NCBI GenBank assembly: GCA_030141605.1
Contig: JAQGDQ010000740.1
Span: forward strand, 1-64,000
DNA length: 64,000 bases
Reading direction: 5' to 3'
DNA from: Tubiluchus corallicola
Lineage: Eukaryota; Animalia; Priapulida
Each line of letters opens with the position of its first letter. Position 1 is the first letter of the stretch. The notes below the pieces were generated by a model that was not told where the DNA came from, searched no databases, and saw nothing but the letters and a program-made list of their open reading frames with translations. The position numbers and the translations under genes are program-made. This document shows, piece after piece, positions 1 to 11,593 of the stretch.

Positions 1-611
1 TTGGTCTGTTGGATTTCTGCAATGATAGTAAACGCTCTTGGTCTGTTGGATTTCTGCAATGATAGTAAACGCTCTTGCTCTGTTGGATTTCTGCAATGAT
101 AGTAAACGCTCTTGGTCTGTTGGATTTCTGCAATGATAGTAAACGCTCTTGGTCTGTTGGATTTCTGCAATGATAGTAAACGCTCTTGCTCTGTTAGATT
201 TCTGCAATGATAGTAAACGCTCTTGGTCTGTTGGATTTTTGCAATGATAGTAAACGCTCTTGGTCTGTTGGATTTCTGCAATGATAGTAAACGCTCTTGG
301 TCTGTTGGATTTCTGCAATGACAGTAAACGCTCTTGGTCTGTTAGATTTCTGCAATGACAGTAAACGCTCTTGCTCTGTTGGATTTCTGCAATGATAGTA
401 AACGCTCTTGCTCTGTTGGATTTCTGCAATGATAGTAAACGCTCTTGCTCTGTTGGATTTCTGCAATGATAGTAAACGCTCTTGCTCTGTTAGATTTCTG
501 CAATGATAGTAAACGCTCTTGGTCTGTTGGATTTCTGCAATGATAGTAAACGCTCTTGGTCTGTTGGATTTCTGTAATGATAGTAAACGCTCTTGCTCTG
601 TTGGATTTCTG
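1..611. repeat. 37-bp tandem minisatellite (about 16 copies, cut by the window start)
   Basis: Head-to-tail unit TTGGTCTGTTGGATTTCTGCAATGATAGTAAACGCTC with point variants (GGTC/GCTC, TTGG/TTAG) and no spacers. A diverged partial copy lies at about 704-729. Confidence 0.97.
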
Positions 612-1199
612 TTACAAAATTTTAACTTGCATCGTAATATTGATGTTATCGCAATTAAACTGTGATATCTCATTTCTGGTTAAATATTTGATAACAATAA
701 TTCAATAGTAAATGCTCTTTGTCTGTTGTGTTTTATAACAGATGCAATTATATAGTTCATTTTACGCACTTGTTAACAGTCTACCAAAACAACTGAATGA
801 CTTAGTCCAAAGATTATATTGAAAAACAATTTGACTTGTGTCGTTGGGCCGGTACAATGTACACTTTTTTTTTTACTTTCGACTTTTTATCAACAAGATT
901 TGAAAAACGCCAACACTTTTTGCCTTAACTACTAACCAGGTTCATGTACTCTTTAAATCAATAAATAATGTATTGAACTGACGGCGGCCAAGCCTGTTTT
1001 TACAGACCATAGAATTTTTCCAAAAATTATCAGAAGTATCATCAGAAAACTTATTTTGTGTCGTCCTTATTGAATTGCGGAACAGATACTAACATCGCAA
1101 ACACAACTGCCCGTGCTGCTACTGAATTACGGAACGTCTGCATGCTAGTATCCACACTGCAAAAGTTTCGTAATGGAAGGAACCATTACACTGCAGGGG

Positions 1200-1483
1200 T
1201 AGGGGTGAAAATACACGGTATTTCATCTACAGTGCAGTATTAATTTTTGCGCGGCTGCACGCCGGTATAACGCATAGTCTTACAATAAGTAGCGTTTACC
1301 TGGCTCCCGAATGCGTTACGCACCTGCGCAAAGCTGTGTATAAAAATCAATCGGAAAAAAACTGCAGAAAAATAACGCATAAACGGGTACATTGAAAACA
1401 ATGTAAACCAATTACATCTATTCCGCATCTGTATAACGCATACGCATTCCGGATGCCTGGTCATGCTTACAGTTTCAACCCTA
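1200..1483. mobile_element. Candidate hAT-like MITE
   Basis: Imperfect terminal inverted repeats TAGGGGTGAAA ... TTTCAACCCTA with repeated internal (TA)ACGCAT motifs. No matching TSD is visible. Confidence 0.4.
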
Positions 1484-1963
1484 GACAGTTTTTCCATGCA
1501 GTTTACGCAAAAGTAACCTAACTTCATAATTCAAACAGAATTCGCTTGTCAATAATATATGGACAAAATTTGCTACATACACACTAAATAGATATTTTCA
1601 TACAAATCTTGTACTTGTGACATATTTGCATGTTTACATGCTTACCACGTACAAGTTTAATCAGTGTCCCTTATACAATTATATTCCAATACGCGTCTTC
1701 TTTCAGGAACTATGGATAATTTTTCTGAAGGAATAATTTGATATCGAAAAGGGTTGGCACGATAACCGATCTTGGATGGACAACAGGAAAAAAGCAAAAA
1801 GGGTAGAAGAAGAAAAAGAAGAACTCTTAGCTTGTGAAAGAAAACACTCTAATGCTAATATTGGCAATATGCTTAACCAACTAGGTAAACAATGGTAAAC
1901 TATACTCACTGCAAGTGGTGGCCTAGTTAAGAAAAATGTTATCCAAAGGAGGGCAAACGCCTA

Positions 1964-2083
1964 CATAAAACACGTAGACATGGTTAAAATTTTATGTTTC
2001 AGTCCTTGGTTCTTAGACCATCTTCAGAAAACTCATAGGCCTAAGAACAACGTGAAGTCTTAACCATGTCTACGTGCGTTATG
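1964..2083. repeat. About 120-bp imperfect inverted repeat, possible Penelope-like remnant
   Basis: Arms CATAAAACACGTAGACATGGTTAA and TTAACCATGTCTACGTGCGTTATG, plus inner GTTCTTAGACC and GGCCTAAGAAC. The minus strand carries CTGAAGA-TGGTCT...AGGACT-GAAAC. Confidence 0.6.
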
Positions 2084-3622
2084 TGTGCATTTGTCATCTT
2101 TTTGGTAATTAAGTTGCGGTTCCTCACAATGGTCTCAAATGAAAAATGTTAAAGCTAAAGCATATAGCCCATGCAGCAGTTAAGAAAGCATTTAGGAATC
2201 TGAAAAGCACACCGTGCGATTGTACCTGCCAGCATTAATACTTGCTGATTTCTTTAGAAAGGCGTGAAACGCATAATTTGCCTCCTGTCTAGTCATTTTA
2301 AATAGTGCCTTTCCGGTAGTTTCTTTAAGTTATTTCTATGCGAAATGTAAACTAATTTGACTAATATTTGCCTAACAGCTGTACCTTTGAGTTTTATTTT
2401 TTGTTTTTCTCTAATTCCTTACAGTACTGTTGAAACCCAGTATTGGCCTTATCACAATCCACTTAAAGTCAGTCACAGCCTCGCAAAGTATGTTCTATCT
2501 TTTATTGCAAATTTGGTTGCCAGTTGGTAATGGTCATTATAATTTTTTAACTTCCTGAGTTTGTTGCCAATGGTAAGCGGTTGCTTCGTTACATTTCATT
2601 TTGCCAAATATAAACTTATTGCAAAGTTGTTTTGTGAGTGAAGTTAAGTAACGCTATGATCGGTCAATGAATGGATGGGCGACCGTTGGTTTCAACACTC
2701 ATTCAGGACTGTCTCCATGAGACTACTTTTACAGTCTCATCTCCGATTCTTTTCCTTTTTTGTCCTTCTGGAAAATTTAAATTCAAACTAAACCCTCACT
2801 ATAAGCATTTACAACACAAAATCCTACTCTCATTACGAGTATTCAATTTATTTTGCTAAAAACTTGTTGCAAAACTTGTTTTTTCATCACTTCGTTGTTA
2901 ACCGTTTTAAATTTGAAAAACCGCCATTTTTCGTTACGCGAGACGAATGGCGTTATGAGTACAGTCACGGCGTCACCAAAAATCACAAACAAACATCGTT
3001 AGCCAAAGACGCTTTTGAACTTCGTATGATGTACTTCGTACGTTATTCTCGTGCCAAAGACGAGAAACATGGCTTTACGGCACGCTTACGAAATTCGCTT
3101 GACAAAGGTTTAGTTATTTAATTTATAAGAGTCTTTCGTTTAATAATAACTATAAATTATTTGTGTTATCATAATAATGCGTTAAAAAACTTCAGTCTCT
3201 GTTGGGGTTACACAATATACATGTATAGGCCTTTAACGTCTTCTGTCCTGCTGTCTTTATGACACTGATCAATAGCAAGTACGTGTGTAACACGACAAAT
3301 GTTATTTATTCACAAATTGTTGCAAGTCACATCACTTTTGAATGCTTTTTAACGCTTTCACTAGCGCTTTGATACTTTCATGTCAGATTGTAAATAAAAC
3401 CGGCTTACTTTGTGTTGGCAATGCAACATTGAAATTATTCCATTTCCAGCGTTTTATGAAATAAAAATCTAGTAATAACTGCGGCGGTTTGGGCATAAAA
3501 ATACAACATAAAACGCTGTCGAGAAAGAGCAAAGTGAGAAATTTCAATTCCCTGAAATGCTGTAAACATTCCTTCACAATACATCACATGTATGAGGTGT
3601 AATCACACATCATATTGCCATT

Positions 3623-3733
3623 ATGACAATGATGATGGTGATGGTGATGGTGGTGGTGGTGGTGGCGGCGGCGGTGGTGGTGGTGATGGTGATGGTGGCA
3701 GTGATGATGATGATGATGATTGATGATAATGAC
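3623..3733. repeat. (GAT/GGT)n compound microsatellite
   Basis: Read directly from the sequence. Confidence 0.9.
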
Positions 3734-5090
3734 GCTAATGATAAATTTCTCTTATATAGTGCAAATTTATATTCTGCATGCACATTCTTTCAAGATGAGA
3801 GAAATTTGTCTTTCTACATTTCCAATGTACATCATTATTTGTTTTGTTAATTAATGATTAATTATGATTAATTATAGGGCAGATTAATAAGCAGCCCTAT
3901 AATTAGTTATGGTTAATTATAGGGCTATTGATTAATTATAGGGCAGATTTTCCTCACGGATTGCCTTTGCTGTTTTTCAACAGTTAAAGTAACATCTTAG
4001 GTGTAATACCACTTTATCATTACCCTAGGGCTTTTATACTTGTTGTTTGCGTGATCTGGAAAAACCCGGAGACAGGTCGCGCAAGATTTTATAAACAGAG
4101 CTTTCGTTTAGCAGTTCAGTTATCCCATTTGGCAGATTGCCAGTTTTGTCAATTGGCCAGAGATACTTAAGCAGGAAATTTTCCATCGCCTTTTTGCCTT
4201 CACATAATGGTTGCCTCATTGGCTGGAAGAAGTGCCAGACAATACTGCTTCATTCTAGAAAATATGTAACAATCAGACTATTTCACAATCTCTTTATTAA
4301 ATATGATGCACTAAAAATGCAAAAGAGCTTATTCTCGTACGAAGTAGGCTACGCCAATATTTAAAGAGAATAGCGTTACCACATATATCCGTACGTCAAA
4401 TAACTGAAACTGAGCACTGCTATATCAATATCCAATGAAGTGTTGCCCTGGGGATATTACGCCAGCGCCTTCCCAAGTCAATTTAAATCAGGTAATACAC
4501 TGCACCTTCATCGTACAAAATCACCAATTATGGTACCATTGTCATCAAGTGAATTTAATTCACCCAATAGACTAACCCTTAGTGATGCAAAGCCATGTTA
4601 TCAGTATCGCGTGTGTCAAGGAAAATTGTAAAATTAATTAAGAGACACCGTGTGTTTTCGTGTAAAGGTAGTATAAACACATCGGAATTAATCTAATCAA
4701 ACTGAACTTTACCGAATTTGTAACTTTGCGTTATAATGAGTTAAGTTTATTGACGAACAACACAATACCATAAACAATACAATGTACATAAAGAATCACA
4801 CATCACGCAAAGCATCTCAACACTTGAACATAATTCTCATATTGAAACAGTAAAAAAGCAGTAGGGTTAAACAGTTCACAGCATTTAACCGCTTACAAAA
4901 ATATTATAATTACCATGATTACTTTCTGAAAACTTTAAACAAATAGTTAACATGATTACTTTCAGAAAACTTTATACAAGATTACGATTATGAGGTAGAA
5001 GACTCCGATGATGATGAAACCGCGTTGTCTCTACATAGACTTCGAATTGCTGTTGATTTAGAGAACAATGTGAAACGTTACGAGGTATGC

Positions 5091-5708
5091 GGGTGCGCAG
5101 TAAGTTTGGTACTAATAAATTTAACGTGGGTAAATTTGGTCCTACTAATTTTGGTACAAAGAAATTTTGGTGCTGAGAAAAATTTGTTGCTAGGAATTTT
5201 TGCTATAGAAAATTACGCTACTTTGAAAATTTGGAAAACACTACTTTGCTACTGGCAAGCACAGTACTGGAGAAATTTTTGTTAAGCATTTTGGGTACAA
5301 GTAACTACAGTACAAGGTAAACATGGTACGGTACAAATTTGGTATTAGGAAAATTTTCTGTTGGAAAAGTTTGGTACTAGGATAATTTGATACACAGAAA
5401 ATTTGGTACAAGTAATGTTTAGTACTATGGAAATATCTTTTATATAACCTACTCGAACATGTTGTAGAGGTCCACTTTGTTGCATATTTGTGTTTGTTTG
5501 GTTTTTTTGTTTGTTTGTTGTTTGTTATTAATCGTCATCGTCATCATCGTTGCTCTTGTTATTGTTGATTGTTGTTTTGCCGTTGTTGTTGCTGTTGCTG
5601 CTGCTGCTGTTGCTGTTGCTGTTGTTGTACCAAAAGATCATGTTGCAAATTTATCTATACTAGAATTACCTGTACCAAACTTACTTGTACCAAACTTGGT
5701 CACATTCG
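5091..5708. mobile_element. Foldback/MITE-like element with degenerate AAATTTGGTAC subterminal repeats
   Basis: The left arm has many AAGTTTGGTAC/AATTTGGTAC motifs and the right arm has their reverse complement GTACCAAACTT. An internal (GTT/GCT)n microsatellite lies at about 5560-5626. Confidence 0.45.
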
Positions 5709-6227
5709 GTTCGCGATTTCTTGTGATCACATTGTATTGCAAAAACGTGAAATGTCTTTAGTGTCTCATTAAATCAAATTGACAAGACATTGTTTTGTTT
5801 CTATTCAACAAAGAGACATATTTTTAGCCTTTGTGAAACTCTTTTGTGCTTACTGTTTGCATTGATTAATTATGATTGTGAATGTGCAGGTAAACAATTA
5901 AACGTAATTAGCAGTTTCCCAGAACTGCTCTGCGCATTTGACAACATCAGTTACAACTTTGGATCGTTAATCAGTTTTAGTTTTCATGAAATTTACTAAA
6001 TGTCAAACGGTGAATGCAGTAATGGTTCCACACTGTGATGCCTGCAGCTAGGTAATAAATCGCAACCAATATTTCTGTAAATGTTTGCTCTGGCTTCATT
6101 GAAAAATCATTGGGAGCAATATTATTGATGTCAATATTGAAATAACCGATAGTGGGTGGAGATCAACGGTTACTGTGGGGTGTTAGTGCTGAATATCATG
6201 ATGATATCCATATTGTGTGAAATCAGT

Positions 6228-6428
<201 letters not shown>

Positions 6429-8313
6429 TATGGGTAATGAAAACTTGCATGTTATTTTTACATGTAGTAACTGTAAATGCTTTATATTTTAGCATCGAGC
6501 AAGCCTTGACTATGCTCAGGATAGCTCACTCATCTGCTCCAGTGATGATTCGGGGGTTGCTTTCTCACGAAGAGGTTCCAATGTCCGAATACGTGATGGA
6601 GGTAACAATCAGAAATTGTGTATACAGATTGTCACACTACAAATCAGAATCCAGAACTTAAAGGCTGGTGGCAGCACTTGCGTATGCTGGGCATTTGATC
6701 AAAGCTAGTCCTAATCGTATAAGATAAGACCGATTGAACAGAAGCACTTTAAACATTTTGACGTATATTTTAATTATATCCTCCCTAAAATTGCTAGACT
6801 CCGTGTTACCAAAAAACTGCCCAGAGCGATTACTGAACTTCCCGGCCAACTTACTTAGTAGTAGTAGTTTAATGAAACACCGTTACATAATTTGCATTGT
6901 AAATACAAACATATACGAGGTAGCAAATATGACCAAACTTAACGTGACTTAGTTTAACACGAACTTAGCTTTTGTCACTATGGTCAAAACTCTTTGTGCT
7001 CATCTACTATTTATTGGTTTGGCTCAGTGGTCTTGGAAACCGACACACCGTGCAGGGCCCTAGTTTGCTATATTGTACTGTTATACTGGAGGCGTCCTTT
7101 CATGGCATTTCCTCAACTTCCACTTTTCTACGAGGTATGGTAAACTGTCCCAGACAAGTATTTACAAAATTCAAACATTAAAGGCAAACCACTGCAAATA
7201 TTAAAACGTAACGTTCTCTAAATGAATTTATTCAATATTCTAAATCCTGTACTCCTGAATACTTGACTGTATTTAACCAAACCAAGGAACAGTTGCTGCA
7301 CCTCAGAGTTTCACGAGTACCATCTCTTGTTCTTCCATTTCTGTACTTTTTGAGTTAGCATTATATGGTGGCATGGCAAACTACCCTTTTACTTTTATTT
7401 TATTAACGGCATTTTTCTACTTCGTAGTTTTATTTTTGACAATTATTCTAGCAGTATTTCTAATATCAATTTGACCTTTAATTAATTCTGTTGCATTTGT
7501 TTAAAGAAAATAACAAATCGCTTACCAATTGTTGATTTTATTTTACTGTTACCACTTAAAGCACAAGAAAACCCTCCGCTTACGTAAAGCTTAAAAAATT
7601 CGTCTTGAAATTTTTTACCACTTATATACTGCCTTTTTGCATACAGGACTTGCGTTGGCAATTACGCTGTATAAAACATGTAAATTTAAAGCTTTCCATG
7701 ACCGTTAGACGCAGCCATTTTGACGATAAGTCGTTTGAAACAAGTTTAGATAACACTGAGTAAAGTTTGAAAAAATGATCTGAGCATTCGTAGCGCACAC
7801 GTCACTAGCTAAGTAAGCGGCGAGTAGTGTACCCTGCAGGTGAGTTAATGACATTTTACCAATTGGTGAAAACATTTAAATATTAATAATTTTCTTTTTT
7901 GGTTACATAAGTCTTTCAAACAGGTAAGCAAAATTCTAAGTAATATAACTTTGCATGGAAAGTTTTTTGGGACATAGTTCAAAATCCTCTTTCACTTCAC
8001 CTGATTTACGTTGTGCGTATATGGCGTCATGTAATGACGCAGTCGGAACAGTTTGCGGGAGATCTAAATGAAAACAAACAAAAAATCCTTTTAACGCAAG
8101 TACAATATATACGCATAAAATTGCTATGAAGTGATATAATTTTTAAGGCCATTTTTCTGAAACCTACTTCAGGTACCCCTTTTCTTGTTCTTTAAAGTTA
8201 GAAAAATAAAAGAAAGAAATTTGTAAAAAAAACTGCCTATAAAATGCAAAGTTAATTTATACTTACTGTTGTATAGAAATTTTCAGGCGCGGTGGTAACC
8301 GCCATCAACCGCC

Positions 8314-11174
8314 ATGTACAGTAACACTGATTTCAATACACCACTGTCTATGATCCATGTTAATATTCGTAGCCTAAAAGCTAATTTTGATTATTTAAAT
8401 GTATATTTAGAATCATTAACTATAAGTTTTTCAATTATTGCCTTATCAGAAACATGGCTCCAAGATGATTCAGGAGTAACCATTTCCCTGCCTGGATATG
8501 AATTTGAATGTATAAATCGTAAACACAAATCTGGTGGTGGAGTCGGCTTGCTTATAAGGAAAGACATACCTTATACAGTGAGAAAAGACCTATGCCACAT
8601 CAATGATCCAGACATAGAATCACTTTTCATTGAAATACGCAGCAAGAATAAAAATACAATAATGGGAGTAATATATAGACCACCTGGTGAAAATCCTAAC
8701 CATTTTACAGACAAAATACAGAACACTATGGCAATTGTTAATAGACAAAACAAACATATTTTCTTACTAGGAGACTATAATATAAATTTAATAAACCACG
8801 CTTCTCACAACGAAACCGGACACTTTTTAGACACAATGCTGACCAATTATCTGTTTCCTACTGTTACAAGACCAACAAGAATTACGCCTTATTCAGCAAC
8901 ACTAATTGATAATATATTTACTAATGCACTAGATTATAAGTATAAATCAGGTATTTTTCTAACAGATATAACAGATCACCTCCCAATTTTTTTAATTATT
9001 GATCTCAAAATTGAAACATACAGTAAGGAATACGTGCGCAAACATATTTATAATGTTCATATAAAAAACAAAATTATCCAAGATTTAAATCAATGTGACT
9101 GGTCAGATTTATATTCTGCAACTAATACCGAAGACGCATACAATTTATTTCATACTAAGCTTTCTGATATCTATAACAAACATATTAAACTACAGAATAG
9201 CAATAACAATCATCAAGCAGCAAAAAAACCTTGGATCACTACAGCAATTTTAGTAAGTGTTAAGCGGAAAAATAAAATGTATCGTTCTCTGGTGAACAAG
9301 GCAAGTAATGACGTATCTGAAATAGAATACAAACGATATAGAAATGAACTTAATACAGTTATAAAAGCATCAAAATGTCAGTATTATAGGGATAGATTGA
9401 TGACAGTTAAAGATAACATAAAAAAGACATGGGATACAATGAAAGAAATTATGCATAAAGAAAGGCAAAATCGACCCATTACGTTGTTCATAAACAATAA
9501 ATTAATTGAAAATAATGTAGAGGTGGCAAATGCTTTTAACGATTACTTTGCCAATATTGGACCAATATTATCAGAACAAATTGAAAACACAAACATAAAT
9601 CCATGTACATATCTTAAAGGTGCCTACCGACAAAGCTTTTTTATTAGTGCAGTAACAGAAAATGATATAAGAAATACGTGCAAATCGTTTAATCGGAATA
9701 AAGGTCCTGGTAAGGACAAAATGTTACCTAAAGTCGTAATAGACACCATTGACTACATCTCTAAACCTTTGCAATATTTAATTAATTTATCTTTTCTTAC
9801 AGGTGAAATACCAACGAAATTGAAAGAATCAATTATTGTTCCTTTGTTTAAATCAGATGATCCCATGTCTCTGAACAATTATAGACCAGTGTCCTTATTG
9901 CCTTTTATATCAAAAATATTAGAAAAAGTTTTTTACAATCAGTTATCTCATTATTTAATAAAAAGAAGAATTCTGAGTAATAAACAATTTGGTTTCAGAA
10001 AAGGTAGCTCCACTGAAATAGCCTTAACAAAAATTATAGAAAATATCATTAATACTGTTGAAAAAAATGGCGCATCCTACAGAGTATTTTGCGACCTATC
10101 AAAAGCATTTGATACAGTAAACCATGACATTCTGCTAAATAAGTTGTACTATTACGGTATCAGAGGTTTGCCTCATATGTGGCTAAAGAATTATTTAACA
10201 GGGCGCACTCAGACAGTAAAATATAATAACGCTTTTTCAGATGTAACAACAATCAAATGTGGCGTGCCCCAAGGCTCAGTCCTCGGGCCACTACTTTTTC
10301 TAATTTATATTAATGACATCAAATTTTGTGTTAAAAATCACAATTTATTTCAGTTTGCTGATGATACAAGCATTTTTTTAGCTTTCATAAAATAGAAACC
10401 AATATTGACTACATAAATACAGTTCTACATGATCTAGCTATATGGTTCAAAACAAACAAACTTTCACTAAATTCATCAAAAACAAAATACATTCTGTTTA
10501 GATCCCGAAATAAACCAATTCAGACGAACCACGATTTAATAATTGACCATAAAAGAATTACACGTGTAAAAGAACTGAAATTTCTGGGATTAATACTGAA
10601 TGAGCATCTAGACTGGCGACCACATATATTCATGATCAGATTAAAAATATCAAAAAATATAGGTATCATCTCATATATTAAAAACTTTCTGAACACCGAA
10701 CATCTTCTAACATTATACAACAGTTTAATATTATCATATTTAAATTACTGCACAACATTATGGGGCTTTACTTATACTACAAATTTAGAATGCTTAAGAG
10801 TTTTACAACGAAAATTTTTACGTGTCATCTTCAAACTAGACAAAAGGAACACAATTACTACTACACATTTTAAGCAATGTCAAATATTACTTCTGGATGA
10901 TGTTATTAATTTTAATGGATGTATATACATGTATAGAACCAACAACAACTTATTTCCAACTTTTTTTGAAAATCCAGTCAAGATAAATGTAAAAAAATAC
11001 AATACCAAACATAATGAATATATACCAAGACGTTGTAGAACAAATATGGCGAAACACTTCATCAGCTATATGGGGCCAGTCCTATGGAACAGACTAAGCC
11101 GCAATTCGAAATGTAGTCACTCCCTTTTAACTTTTAAAAAAACCGTCAGAAAAGAAATATTTCAAAAGTATTGA
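8314..11174 (+). CDS. LINE ORF2 (endonuclease + reverse transcriptase), about 953 aa with a single frameshift in the T7 run at 10373-10379
   Basis: Adding one T joins ORF 8314-10395 to the frame of ORF 10632-11174: FADDTSIFF-SFHKIETNIDYINTVLHDLAIWFKTNKLSLNSSKTKYILF...LKFLGLILNEHLDWRPHI. Confidence 0.9.
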
Positions 11175-11593
11175 AGAGTAACACAATTTGATAATGGTAA
11201 TAACCTGCATTTTTTGCTACAGTAATCTTAATATAACGTGACTATGTTTAACAGGATACTGAACACTTTGTAACCATGATCACAGTTTTTCTTAGTTTCT
11301 TGCTCCATTTCATCTTTCATTCACTACTCCCCCCCCCATCTTTTTTTAAGATTTCCACATACAGTTTGGCCTGTCAAGCTATGCTTTTAGGCTCAAACTG
11401 TATGCATCAAAAAATTATTCTGTAATGAAATTTGCACATGTATATCCCGCATTATGAAATTTCTTAATAATATTGCATTTATTCATATTTATATTTATAT
11501 TTACTCAAATGGAAAATTATCTGTATTTTAATGCTAATTGTAATGATGCAATGTGGAAAATGAATAAAACTCTTGAAACTCTTGAAACACTTG
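8317..11593 (+). mobile_element. 5'-truncated non-LTR retrotransposon, CR1/L2 group (Crack-like), ORF2 plus 3' UTR
   Basis: APE endonuclease motifs (HVNIRSL, LSETWL, GGGVG, IYRPP, LGDYN, PTR...SATLIDNIF, TDHLPI) and RT motifs (NYRPVSLL, QFGFR, DLSKAFDTV, GVPQGSVLGPLLFLIYIND, FADDT). The 3' UTR has a stem-loop at 11358-11404, AATAAA at 11563, and a tail of (ACTCTTGAA)2 ACACTTG. Confidence 0.95.
11358..11404 (+). other. LINE 3' UTR stem-loop
   Basis: CATACAGTTTG-GCCT-GTC-AAGC-TAT-GCTT-TT-AGGC-T-CAAACTGTATG folds into a long hairpin. CR1/L2-group elements use 3' stem-loops for RT recognition. Confidence 0.7.

Noticed and set aside
1-611. CRISPR array (37-bp repeats)
   Set aside because: The units are directly adjacent with no unique spacers, no cas genes are present, and the context is eukaryotic.
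194-673. 159-aa ORF with 37-aa periodicity
   Set aside because: A by-product of a 37-nt unit lacking stop triplets on the minus strand, which is not improbable. There is no splice or homology support.
7647-7839. Additional coding exon ending at the strong donor at 7840
   Set aside because: Contains stops in the frames examined, and the gene model is in phase without it. It is kept only as a possible non-coding or alternative first exon.
8314-10395. Bacterial retron, DGR or group II intron reverse transcriptase system
   Set aside because: The RT is fused to an APE endonuclease and followed by a LINE-type 3' UTR and tandem tail, so it is an ordinary non-LTR retrotransposon.
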